Of a DNA stretch of 64,000 nt, positions 19,969 through 29,435 are shown in pieces (positions within the stretch are counted from its first letter, which is position 1; each line of letters begins with the position of its first letter). A program made the position numbers and the translations under genes. A model generated the notes under the pieces. The model did not search any database, was not told where the DNA came from, and saw only the letters and a program-made list of their open reading frames with translations. Source of the DNA: an uncultured virus (IMG/VR IMGVR_UViG_3300011897_000001) (taxonomy: Duplodnaviria; Heunggongvirae; Uroviricota; Caudoviricetes); the IMG/VR virus record IMGVR_UViG_3300011897_000001, positions 1 to 64,000 of that record, one strand, 5' to 3'.

Positions 19969-20505
19969 ATGGATAAAGTATCCTTAGTATCACGAGTAGG
20001 TTTAGTAGGAGCTATTCAAGCTGGTGCTTTTGAAGGCGGTGGGAATTCTGATGTGGAGGTTCCTACTAAACTTTCTGAGCTTCAGAATGATGAAGGCTTC
20101 ATAACTCAAGCAGACGTTTCGAGTGTAACCAAGACCTCCCAGCTACAGAACGATAGCGGATTCACTAACAATGCTTTTGTTATGTTGTATCCTAATGGAA
20201 CTGAAGCTGCTCCAGCTACTTTGACAAAAGGTCAGCGTATTGAAGTTCCTTCTCCATTTCCTGCTGGTAGTCAGTTCTGGCCTATTTTGGAATTGAAGAT
20301 TAATGGCATGTGGGGAGAAATAGGTTTCATTTTCTCTTCCGGAGGCTATGGTTGCATGGCTAGGCAATTTGGAGATTTGATCGTGATCATGTCAGGAAGT
20401 GCCGCTATCGCAACCACACCTTTCAATACACTAAACCCAAACAATACCTACAGCGGAAATCTTGACAATCTGCCTTACCGAGTAAAAGTAATAAGATTAT
20501 CTTGA
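19969..20505 (+). CDS. fibre-like protein
   Basis: PTKLSELQNDEGFIT / KTSQLQNDSGF repeats; N-terminus similar to that of 18587 (LVSRVG..GA...GA). Confidence 0.6.
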   Translation: MDKVSLVSRVGLVGAIQAGAFEGGGNSDVEVPTKLSELQNDEGFITQADVSSVTKTSQLQNDSGFTNNAFVMLYPNGTEAAPATLTKGQRIEVPSPFPAGSQFWPILELKINGMWGEIGFIFSSGGYGCMARQFGDLIVIMSGSAAIATTPFNTLNPNNTYSGNLDNLPYRVKVIRLS

Positions 20506-20560
20506 CGCAGCTTATGACCTCATATAGACTATATTCTTTATAATCTTAGGAGGTGACGTT

Positions 20561-21175
20561 ATGAGAGCTAAAAATAAATTACTTTACGGTATTGGCGTTA
20601 ATGATGCTAATTATCAGATAACTCAGTACGGAATTGTAGATGGAATTAAGAAGCAGACGTGGATTTGTCCTTTCTACCAAACATGGAAAGGTACTTTTCA
20701 TAGATGCTATGCAGAAGAATATCTAGCTAAAAAGCCATCTTATTTAGGTTGTTCGGTGGAAAGTTCTTGGCACCATTTCATGGATTTTAAACCTTGGATG
20801 GAAACGCAAGACTGGGAGGGTAAGCAGTTAGATAAAGATTTACTATTCCCTGGAAATAAAATTTACTCACCCGAAAAATGCTGCTTTATTGAAGGTAAAG
20901 TAAACTCTTTTATTGCTGAGAATGGAAAAGGCAAAGGTCCCTGGCCTGTTGGTGTCTCTTTCCATAAGCAAAAGAGACGTTATATTGCAACTTGTCGGAT
21001 TGATGGCAAAAATAAATTCTTAGGTTTATTTTTAACACCAGAAGAAGCTCATTTGAAATGGCTTTCTGTGAAGCTTCAATTAGCTAAGAAATTGGCTTTA
21101 GATATCTCAGATAAGAGGGTGGCAGAAGCTCTGGTTTATAGGTACGAAAATTACTTAGAGTTATTCCCATCCTAA
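20561..21175 (+). CDS. putative homing-endonuclease-like protein with AP2-like C-terminus
   Basis: Paralog of 12977..13603; own TTGACG-N17-TAGACT promoter at 20502. Confidence 0.7.
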   Translation: MRAKNKLLYGIGVNDANYQITQYGIVDGIKKQTWICPFYQTWKGTFHRCYAEEYLAKKPSYLGCSVESSWHHFMDFKPWMETQDWEGKQLDKDLLFPGNKIYSPEKCCFIEGKVNSFIAENGKGKGPWPVGVSFHKQKRRYIATCRIDGKNKFLGLFLTPEEAHLKWLSVKLQLAKKLALDISDKRVAEALVYRYENYLELFPS

Positions 21176-21335
21176 AGAATTGCGGGTTTTCTCTCCTCCT
21201 TATCCCGCAACGTTTGCCACGTAATGGCAGGTCTGGCTCACCCACGAGCCTTCTTTTCAGATAGCATTCAGAAAGTGTTATGTGAAAAGGATTAATAATT
21301 AGAGAAAAGGAAGTCCTTGATAAGAGGGATTTACC

Positions 21336-21524
21336 ATGTTGAACGCAGCAATTCTTTGCCTTATTCTCGCACTCGTAGCTGCTGTACTCGGTTTTGGTGG
21401 CCTTGTTGGTACTTTCGTAGGTCTTGCTAAAATCCTTTTCGTTATCTTTCTGATCCTATTCATCGTTGGCTGGTTCATGGGTCGTTCTACTGACCCAGTT
21501 TCAGGCCGTAGGCGTTGGTGGTAA
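21336..21524 (+). CDS. DUF1328 / UPF0391 (YtjA-like) small membrane protein
   Basis: [18 protein letters not shown]....[12 protein letters not shown] signature. Confidence 0.85.
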   Translation: MLNAAILCLILALVAAVLGFGGLVGTFVGLAKILFVIFLILFIVGWFMGRSTDPVSGRRRWW

Positions 21525-22118
21525 TGTGAACAACCTTCCCTTAGGGGAGAAATTCAAGCGTTCTAAAGCTTATTACCACTTCTGTATTTTCAAAATTAAG
21601 CTCGTTTGTCTTTTCACAAAGATTGAGAGACGCATAAAAGAACGAGCTAAGAGTTAGCCGATGCAATATCGGCACATTAGGGCTTGTGTTGCTGGCTTGG
21701 CCGCCTATACACTTGCCTAGGTATCCGCAAGAGCATTTGACTAGCTAGCCGGTGTATTGGGCGATGTCAACTTGGGCGGTTGGTAGGCACCACTATCAAA
21801 GAAGCGGAGGGTTGTCTTAAGCCACCTCTATTAGAGGGTAACTTCGGACGCTAACCCTGTTCTGGGCATACGCCACATCAAGGGATGTGTTGGAACTAAC
21901 AGAACGCTGCGACTTCTATACCGACTTGAGGGGAGGAAGACTAAACTTTTGAGTCTTCGAGAATTGAGGCAGGCAGGGTAGCCATCAGTTCACCAATTTT
22001 TGTACATACACTTTAAACCTTCCCTTTAGCTAAGCACGGAAGCGAATTTGAAGTGTAGCTTTAGCACTATAAATATGTAAGCACCTAAGTTGTCAATAAT
22101 TATTAAAAGGTGTTTTAT

Positions 22119-22413
22119 CATGGCGGATACGCTTAATGATGTCACAATGCAAGCTAACACTTATGTTGACTTGTACAGTCTGACAGGTATTGCCCCAGGC
22201 ACAAGCCTCATTATCAACAATAAGAGTTCTGCTGTTGTGTTCCTTCAAGTGAGAGCATCACAGCCAAGCTCCGCTTCAAATGACGGGTGGCCTCTTCGTA
22301 GCTCGCCCGCCCCTGACACTTGGGTAACTCTTACTGATGTTCCTGTTGGCAGCAGAGTATGGGCTAAAGGTACGGCTGCTGGACGACTTTTTGTCCAAGT
22401 CTACGAGGAGTAA
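22119..22413 (+). CDS. hypothetical beta-rich protein (start MADTL)
   Basis: Small beta-rich ORF directly upstream of the fibre-like gene. Confidence 0.55.
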
Positions 22414-22416
22414 GCT

Positions 22417-24642
22417 ATGTTTATTCCTGACAAGTCAAAGATTAATGTAATTGATTCTTCTGGGGTAATGGAAGACTGGCCCACGAACCAGCTACCTTAC
22501 AGAGCATCTGACGGTACAATCAAAGGTTCTGGTTTAAGGATTCTAACAAGCGGTACAGTTCTTGCTCCTGTAGGCTTTGCTGTAGAATCTGGTTCTGTTG
22601 ACTTTGGTGATGTACTAAGACTTTCTGAGTCTGCTGGTTTTCTTGCATTTGAAAACATGGTAGACAAAAGTAAATATCAGCTTTTGGATTATGCCGTCCC
22701 CCGCGATGCAGCGTCTTCCAAGCCATTCTACTTTAAGCTTGCTGGTCCTGAAGTAAGATTTGAGGCAAGTAAAGCTTCTGGTTCAGTTCTCAGAACTAAT
22801 CCTCTAACTTGGGAATACACCACAAAGCTTACTGCTCGTACCAACGCTCTTATCTTCAATGCAGCAGAGAAGATGAACAATGTTCGTCTACGGATTACTG
22901 ACAAGAAGAGTGGAGTTGCGATCAAATACTATCCATCAAAATCAGCTTGGGTAGATGGTTCTGGTGGCACTATTCTTGATATTGGTGAAAACACATTAGA
23001 CTTCCAAGATACAGCAGTAATCTTCTCAGCTAACACTGATATTGTTTTCGATATTCAAGCTGATAATATTGCTTTGATTGGTGGTACTATCCCTTGGTTT
23101 GCTGGATTGGTTCAGCAGGGAAGTTTTGTTGGCGTAGCTGATGCTTTTGACGTATCTGCATTACAAGATCAGATCAACAATCAGAAGGCATCTTTCAGCG
23201 GTGATTATAGCGCCCTTACAGGCGTTCCTACGAGCTTTCCGCCTTCACCCCATACGCATGTAGTAGCTGACATTACCGACCTTCCTATCAGGCTTACAGA
23301 GCTTTCTAACGCTATATCCCAAAATACCCAAAGCCTAAATGCTTTGGCTAAGGTTGCAAACACTGGAAGTTATACTGATCTCGTCAATCAGCCTTTCATT
23401 CCGACTGCTACAAGTCAGATTGAAAACAATAGTGGCTACATTACTATCAACCACACTCATCCTATTTCTGATGTTGTGGGTTTGCAAGACGCTTTAAATT
23501 CTAAAGTGTCTTCAGGTGATAGTATTGCTGCTTCTAAGATTACTGGTCTTGCTACTGTAGCAACAACTGGCAGCTACAACGATCTTAGTAATAAGCCAAG
23601 CATTCCAAGCAACGTAAGTCAGCTTAGTAATGACAGTGGTTACATCACTTTAGCGCAGGTTCCCCAGCAGACAGTTACTTGGTCAAGTATTCAAGGTAGG
23701 CCAACAACTTTTACACCCTCTACCCACCAACATCCTATCAGCGACATCGTGGGATTGCAGAATACTTTGAATGCTAAGGCAGACGCCTCAGCAACAGTCA
23801 GCTACAACAACCTTACTGATAAGCCTAATCTGTTTTCTGGTAATTATGCTGATCTGATTAATAAGCCAACACTGTTCTCAGGAAGCTACACAGACCTTAT
23901 TAACAAGCCTGTCTATGCAACGGTAGCAACTACTGGCAATTACAATGACTTGCTAAACAAGCCTGTAATTCCAACTGTTAACTATCCCGTGACTTCGGTT
24001 GCTGGTAAAACTGGCACTGTCAGTCTGATTGCAAGTGATATAGGTGGGTTAGCTTCTGTAGCTACAACCGGGATGTATTCAAGTCTCTCCGGTTTGCCAA
24101 CAATCCCTGCTGCACAAGTTAATAGCGATTGGAATGCAAGCTCAGGTGTAGCTCAGATTCTAAACAAACCAAGCTTGTTTAGTGGTTCTTGGACTGATCT
24201 CACCAACAAACCTACTACGTTTACGCCTAGTGCTCACACCCACCCAATAAGTGATATTATTAACCTTCAAACAGCCCTTGATACTAAGATTACCTCAGCA
24301 AGCTTACCCATTGTAAGACGTACTGACAACAGTCTTGTAGCAAAAACGAAGGTTAAGTATTATCGAGTAACAAGCGATAGTACAAGCTCTATTTGGACAG
24401 TCAATCTTGGTAGTGACTTTACTGAGGTGTTGGACGTTCAGGTTCAAGCAGAGTCGGTTAGTAGTTTACTTGGCGGTATTAGGCAAGTGAGTTTGAACAG
24501 TTATACTTCCACAAGCACTACTCTCACCGGTATGACTTTTGGTTCAAACACCATTACCACAATCCTTATTGGCGGCTCTCAGGGACTGGCTTTAGTCCCA
24601 GGCACAGTTGTCAAAGTCAGGGTTGAAGGCGTGGGTGGTTAA
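22417..24642 (+). CDS. fibre-like structural protein with HTH(P)ISD and GSY.DL.NKP repeats
   Basis: Four H-x-H-[PV][IV][SA]D[IV] repeats and many [FT][ST]G[SN]Y.DL.NKP repeats typical of phage fibres. Confidence 0.75.
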   Translation: MFIPDKSKINVIDSSGVMEDWPTNQLPYRASDGTIKGSGLRILTSGTVLAPVGFAVESGSVDFGDVLRLSESAGFLAFENMVDKSKYQLLDYAVPRDAASSKPFYFKLAGPEVRFEASKASGSVLRTNPLTWEYTTKLTARTNALIFNAAEKMNNVRLRITDKKSGVAIKYYPSKSAWVDGSGGTILDIGENTLDFQDTAVIFSANTDIVFDIQADNIALIGGTIPWFAGLVQQGSFVGVADAFDVSALQDQINNQKASFSGDYSALTGVPTSFPPSPHTHVVADITDLPIRLTELSNAISQNTQSLNALAKVANTGSYTDLVNQPFIPTATSQIENNSGYITINHTHPISDVVGLQDALNSKVSSGDSIAASKITGLATVATTGSYNDLSNKPSIPSNVSQLSNDSGYITLAQVPQQTVTWSSIQGRPTTFTPSTHQHPISDIVGLQNTLNAKADASATVSYNNLTDKPNLFSGNYADLINKPTLFSGSYTDLINKPVYATVATTGNYNDLLNKPVIPTVNYPVTSVAGKTGTVSLIASDIGGLASVATTGMYSSLSGLPTIPAAQVNSDWNASSGVAQILNKPSLFSGSWTDLTNKPTTFTPSAHTHPISDIINLQTALDTKITSASLPIVRRTDNSLVAKTKVKYYRVTSDSTSSIWTVNLGSDFTEVLDVQVQAESVSSLLGGIRQVSLNSYTSTSTTLTGMTFGSNTITTILIGGSQGLALVPGTVVKVRVEGVGG

Positions 24643-24787
24643 GTTTTAAATAGGTGATTTGAGGCTACTAACCTTTTCCTGTAGTAGCCTTACCCAAGCT
24701 TACTGGTTTCTCCTACCGAGGCTAGTCCGGTGTAAGCAACTAGCACTTTTTCAAAACCTATTTGGAAAGATAGTTTCTGAAAGAGTC

Positions 24788-24817
24788 TTGACAGAAATAG
24801 AGTACTCCTATTAGAAT
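24788..24817 (+). promoter_or_regulatory. sigma70-type promoter for the glycosyltransferase pair
   Basis: TTGACA-N18-TAGAAT. Confidence 0.6.
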
Positions 24818-24840
24818 ACAAGTTTACATAGGAGATAATA

Positions 24841-25800
24841 ATGTCGCAAGTTGAATTGATTCAATATGGCGATTTGCTTGTAGAGCATCGTCCTACATCT
24901 GGTTGCTTTTACCATCGAATTGGACAGCCGTTAGAAGCTTTTGGTGAAGATATACCAAAACCTAAGACTACTAGTATTTGGTTCAGTCGTCTATCAGCCA
25001 TTCCTCTTGAAAAGCTTCGTGAATACAAAGCTAACGGTATTAGACTTATTCATGATATGGATGACCATTTCATTCTGTCGTCAAACCATATTCTTAAAGA
25101 AACTTACCGTCAGCAGAGTATGCCTGAGCGATTTAAAGCTTTGCTTGAGCTTGCTGATGTAGTTACTGTGACAAATAGCTATCTTGCATCACAGCTCGCA
25201 CCTTACACAAAAGGTGAGATTGTTGTAGTGCCTAATGCTATCAAGTTTGACCAAGGTCAGTTTTGTATTAACCAAGACTTCGAATCTGGTACACCACTTT
25301 GTTATGTAGGCGGTAACACGCACTTGCATGATTTGGAACTCATCCGTAAAGCTATTCCTTTGAATCAGCTTACTATTGGAGGGGTTAACAAAGATTGCCA
25401 AGTCTGGAATGAGGTGACTAAACGCTTTGCGGGTGTTTCAACCAAGCCCCAGGCTACGTTAGATAGTTACATGAACCTCTATGAAGGTCATAAAATTGCA
25501 CTAGCCCCTCTTGAGAAGAACAACTTTAACGCTTGTAAGAGTAATCTCAAGGTCCTTGAAGCTGGAGCCAAAGGATTGCCTATTGTCTGCTCTCGTGTGC
25601 ATCCTTATCTAAATGATCTTGATAAAGATATTGTTATTTACGGAAACAGCGAACACAGTTGGCGTAGTGCTGTACAGAAGCTACTGAAAGACGATGAATA
25701 TCGTAAAGATAAAGGTCTTGAGCTATCTGAGCACGTTCGCAAGCACTATCAGCTAGATGACGCTAATAAGATTCGTCGGCAAATTATTGAGTCGCTATGA
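24841..25800 (+). CDS. glycosyltransferase, GT-B fold (GT4-like)
   Basis: HDMDD, ADVVTVTN..LA, VVPNAI, IALAPL..N.FN.CKSNLKVLEAG..GLPIVCS. Confidence 0.85.
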   Translation: MSQVELIQYGDLLVEHRPTSGCFYHRIGQPLEAFGEDIPKPKTTSIWFSRLSAIPLEKLREYKANGIRLIHDMDDHFILSSNHILKETYRQQSMPERFKALLELADVVTVTNSYLASQLAPYTKGEIVVVPNAIKFDQGQFCINQDFESGTPLCYVGGNTHLHDLELIRKAIPLNQLTIGGVNKDCQVWNEVTKRFAGVSTKPQATLDSYMNLYEGHKIALAPLEKNNFNACKSNLKVLEAGAKGLPIVCSRVHPYLNDLDKDIVIYGNSEHSWRSAVQKLLKDDEYRKDKGLELSEHVRKHYQLDDANKIRRQIIESL

Positions 25801-26438
25801 GTAAGGTAGGCGTTGGAGTTATTACAGCAGGTGTTCGCCAGATACAAGAATATCATATTGAAAGCTCAAACCACGAAGTAGAATTTCATATCCAGATTGA
25901 CCACAAGTTACAAGGTCCCGGCAAGATGAGGAACGCTTGCTTACGTAAATTTTACGACAGTGGTTGCGACTTTATAGTGTTGTTTGATGACGATACATAT
26001 CCAATTCGCCCAGGCTGGATTGATTACGTTGTTGAGCAGCATAAGCTTTCTGGTAATCATTGGTTTGGTATTCCTGATCCTTTCAGAGACTCTGTTCAAT
26101 CTGTCCAAGGTCAAGTCGTATACTGGGACAACCTGATAGGTGCTTTCTCTTTCTATACAAGACAGCTTCTTGACACCGTTGGTGGTTACAATACTGATTA
26201 CATCCGGTATGGCTTCGAGGACTGCGGTTATCAGCATAGAGTAAGAAACTCTGGTTTGATTAAATCTGATAGTTTACCCAGTCCGCTAAAGCTGCTGACT
26301 TGGATTAAAGCTGAAGATGTTTTGCATTGCGTAGATAAGCAGAATATGACTCAAGAAGAAAAGCAGTATTACATTGACTTGAATAGACCCATCTTTGATA
26401 AAGAGATTAGTCAAAATCAATTATTTTATAAATTTTGA
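25797..26438 (+). CDS. glycosyltransferase, GT-A fold (GT2-like)
   Basis: RNACL...LFDDD (DxD), VGGYN..Y..YGFED. Confidence 0.85.
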   Translation: MSKVGVGVITAGVRQIQEYHIESSNHEVEFHIQIDHKLQGPGKMRNACLRKFYDSGCDFIVLFDDDTYPIRPGWIDYVVEQHKLSGNHWFGIPDPFRDSVQSVQGQVVYWDNLIGAFSFYTRQLLDTVGGYNTDYIRYGFEDCGYQHRVRNSGLIKSDSLPSPLKLLTWIKAEDVLHCVDKQNMTQEEKQYYIDLNRPIFDKEISQNQLFYKF

Positions 26439-26553
26439 TAGAAATTTGCTATTAGAGTATTGACGTTTAAGAAGATGTCGTGATACACTTCAATTATGAA
26501 GTCGAGCAATAACGTTCGGCTTAAAAATGAGTCTGCGGACTCGGAGATGCAAA

Positions 26554-26823
26554 ATGAAAGTAGAATACAAAGTGCGTCCTGTTACCCGCTATGTTGTTAC
26601 TGAGTATCAAGAGTATGAAAATGGCTCACAGTCTAAAGTTATTTGTGAATTGGATAACTTCGGTCTAGCAAACAAAACCTGCGCTGCTCTGGCTTATGAT
26701 ACAGATAACAACAAGTATATTGAGTTTGGCGAACAGAAGACATACTACACCCTTTACTCACCAGATTATCCGCTAGATGACATTAAAGTTCTAGTAGGAA
26801 GTGAGTCTTGTGGTAATGTTTAA
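26554..26823 (+). CDS. hypothetical protein (start MKVEYKVRPV)
   Basis: GGAG RBS; promoter-like TTGACG at 26460. Confidence 0.55.
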   Translation: MKVEYKVRPVTRYVVTEYQEYENGSQSKVICELDNFGLANKTCAALAYDTDNNKYIEFGEQKTYYTLYSPDYPLDDIKVLVGSESCGNV

Positions 26824-27011
26824 ATAAGAAGGATTGAATTAATAAAAAGCGAAATGCTATTAATCCTTTTTCCAACATCTGTAAAGAAAGGTGTTGGTTT
26901 TTATTTGGTGAACGCGTAAAACTTAGGTTCCCGACAAAGCGGCTATGAGATTTAACAGGTCGTACGGTTGCGGCACCTCCTTTTATTTTAACTGGAGGTG
27001 TGATTTAGAGA

Positions 27012-27920
27012 ATGAATTACGAAAAGATTTACAAAGACCTTGTAGCTAAATGCAAGCCAAGAGGCTTAGACAAAAAGTCTGTAGACTACTACACAGAGAT
27101 TCATCACATCGTTCCGCGTTGTATGGGCGGCAGTGATGAGGATGAGAATCTAGTGATGTTTACTGCCCGTGAACATTTTGTTGCTCATCTGCTTTTGTGG
27201 AAGGCTAATCCTGACAATATTAGCCTAATGTGGTCTGCTTATAGAACTTCCAACTCCCACAAGGACAAAATCAACTCGCGTATGCACGCTATCTTACGAG
27301 AAAAGCAAGCTAACGCTATGAGCAGCCGCGTAGTCTCAGAAGAAACTAGAAGCAAGATTAGCAAAACTCTTACCGGACATAAACGTTCTAAAGAGTCTAT
27401 TGAAAAAGGCAGGCTTAAGGCAACTGGTCAAAAACGATCAGAAGAGACAGTGAGGAAGTTGACTGAGTTTCGTAGAAATCTTATTGCTTCTGGTTGGACA
27501 CACTCTGAAGAAAGCCGAAAGAAGATTTCTGAGAGCAGTAAAGGCCGTGTTATGAGCGAAGAAGCTCGCAGCAAAATATCAGAGTTTAACAAAGGTAAGG
27601 TAATTCCACAAGAGCATAAAGACTTGCTCTCAGCTTATCAAAAATCTCTTAGACCTTGGCAGAAAAGTGCTTCTATAGCACGTCCCGCTAGATTTAAGGT
27701 TTGGTTTGAAGCAGATGAATCTTACAACTTGTGGGTCAAGAATAACAAGCCCAAATCTATTTCTTTCTCTCGAATAAAATCTAAAGCAGACGCAGTAGAA
27801 TATAAGGTCTATCATTTCGATAAACTTGTTGAAATGTTTATCGATGGGTGGATTCCTATGGAAGACACGGAGTGGATAGAATTTAAAGATAGTAAGGAGA
27901 AACCTCTCCTTGAAGTATAG
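27012..27920 (+). CDS. HNH homing endonuclease with NUMOD3 repeats
   Basis: TEIHHIVPRCMGG.D...NLV..TAREHFVAH.LL; SEETRSKIS repeats; paralog of 17004. Confidence 0.88.
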   Translation: MNYEKIYKDLVAKCKPRGLDKKSVDYYTEIHHIVPRCMGGSDEDENLVMFTAREHFVAHLLLWKANPDNISLMWSAYRTSNSHKDKINSRMHAILREKQANAMSSRVVSEETRSKISKTLTGHKRSKESIEKGRLKATGQKRSEETVRKLTEFRRNLIASGWTHSEESRKKISESSKGRVMSEEARSKISEFNKGKVIPQEHKDLLSAYQKSLRPWQKSASIARPARFKVWFEADESYNLWVKNNKPKSISFSRIKSKADAVEYKVYHFDKLVEMFIDGWIPMEDTEWIEFKDSKEKPLLEV

Positions 27921-27932
27921 GAGAGTTTAATT

Positions 27933-29426
27933 TTGGAAGAACAAATTAGTATCGGCCCCCAGTCATCTTTCCAGGAAAAATATCTTAATAGTGATGCGAG
28001 AATTTTAACTGTAGGCGGCGCGGCAGGTTCATCTAAGAGCTATGTAGGCTTGATGAGGCACCTGAGATATGCTGAATTAGAGCATTATCGCGGGTTCTGT
28101 ATTCGTAAGAACTCGACGGCTATTATGAAGACGGGCGGTCTTTTTGATGAGGCCGTGCATCTATATCAGCAGTATGATCCAAAGATTAAAATTAAGCTGA
28201 AAGATCAGAAAATCGTATTCCCCAGCTCCGGCGCAGAGATTGCTTTTTCTCACTATGAGAATGATAACGCGAGTCAGCTTTACCAAGGTCTGCAATTAAG
28301 TAATGTGTTTTATGATGAGGCAACGCACGCGGATGAGAAGCATATTTGGTGGCTAATTTCCCGCCTCCGTACTCGTGCTAAAATGACGCCGGGAATTTGG
28401 CTTTCTTGTAACCCTGATCCAGACTCGTTTCTATTTGATTGGGTTAAGTGGTGGCTTTATCCCGAAGGTCATGAAAAGTATGGACTTCCCGACCCAGATA
28501 AAAACGGCCTGATTCGTTGGATTGTTCGTCGAAGTGGTGTCATTAATTGGGGCGATACTAAAGAAGAACTCCTAGATCGTTACGGTAAAGACTGCACTCC
28601 TCTGTCATTTCAGGTTCTACTAGGTACTATTTATGATAACCCCGTTCTGATGAAAAATCAGCCGGAATATCTTTCAAACCTAGAGGCCATGCCTGATGTA
28701 GAGCGGCGCCGATTGCTACTCGGGGACTGGACTGCCCGTGAAATGAACTCAACGCATTTCATGCGACATTGGGTTGGTGAAGAAGTTATTGAACCTGCAC
28801 AAGCAGATATCGCTAAAACTGTCCGCAGTTATGATTTTGCCGGAACCTTGAAATCTGATAGTAACCCATCTCCTGACTACTTTGCAACGGTCAAGATGTC
28901 AAAATTAAAAGATGGTAGCTACTTCGTTCATGATGTACAGCGTACCAGAATTCGTTTTGGTGACTGGAAAGCTTTTATTATTAACAACGCAATGCAAGAT
29001 GGTCCAGGTGTTGATATTATTCTTCCAGAAGACCCCAACCCTGCTGCCAAAGCTGCAACAAAACTATTGGCTAAAGACATTGCTGAACACGGATTTTTTG
29101 CAAGGACCATTCGTGCAAGTTCAAGTAAGCTTGATCGCTTTCGCCCGTTTAGTTCGCTAGCCATGAATGGTCATATTAAGTTTCTAAAGAACTGTGGTAC
29201 TGACCATGAGAACAAGATATATAACGATTTAGGTTTTGTTTATAAAGAACTAGAAACCTTTACAGGTCAACGTAAGGGCGGTGAAGCGGGTCACGATGAT
29301 ATTTGTGACTGCCTAAGTGATAGTACAATGATACTAGCACAAAGGACGATCCTCCCTAACTTCCTATCTGGTATGCAATCCTTTGGATTTGATCAGAAGG
29401 TGAATCCATTAAACGCTATAAGATAA
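27933..29426 (+). CDS. terL: terminase large subunit
   Basis: GGAAGSSKS Walker A, FYDEAT Walker B, CNP, YDFA and HDDICD nuclease motifs. Confidence 0.93.
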   Translation: MEEQISIGPQSSFQEKYLNSDARILTVGGAAGSSKSYVGLMRHLRYAELEHYRGFCIRKNSTAIMKTGGLFDEAVHLYQQYDPKIKIKLKDQKIVFPSSGAEIAFSHYENDNASQLYQGLQLSNVFYDEATHADEKHIWWLISRLRTRAKMTPGIWLSCNPDPDSFLFDWVKWWLYPEGHEKYGLPDPDKNGLIRWIVRRSGVINWGDTKEELLDRYGKDCTPLSFQVLLGTIYDNPVLMKNQPEYLSNLEAMPDVERRRLLLGDWTAREMNSTHFMRHWVGEEVIEPAQADIAKTVRSYDFAGTLKSDSNPSPDYFATVKMSKLKDGSYFVHDVQRTRIRFGDWKAFIINNAMQDGPGVDIILPEDPNPAAKAATKLLAKDIAEHGFFARTIRASSSKLDRFRPFSSLAMNGHIKFLKNCGTDHENKIYNDLGFVYKELETFTGQRKGGEAGHDDICDCLSDSTMILAQRTILPNFLSGMQSFGFDQKVNPLNAIR

Positions 29427-29435
29427 GGAGCCTAT

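Noticed and set aside
21990..22070. tRNA gene (GTTCACCA end; TCCCTTTAGCTAAG tRNA-like start)
   Set aside because: Could not build a cloverleaf with a T-loop GTTCRA and matching acceptor stem
26905..26985. tRNA or group I intron upstream of the HNH gene before terL
   Set aside because: Only a weak GGTG...CACC closing stem; terL reads intact with Walker A near its N-terminus, so no split exon is needed
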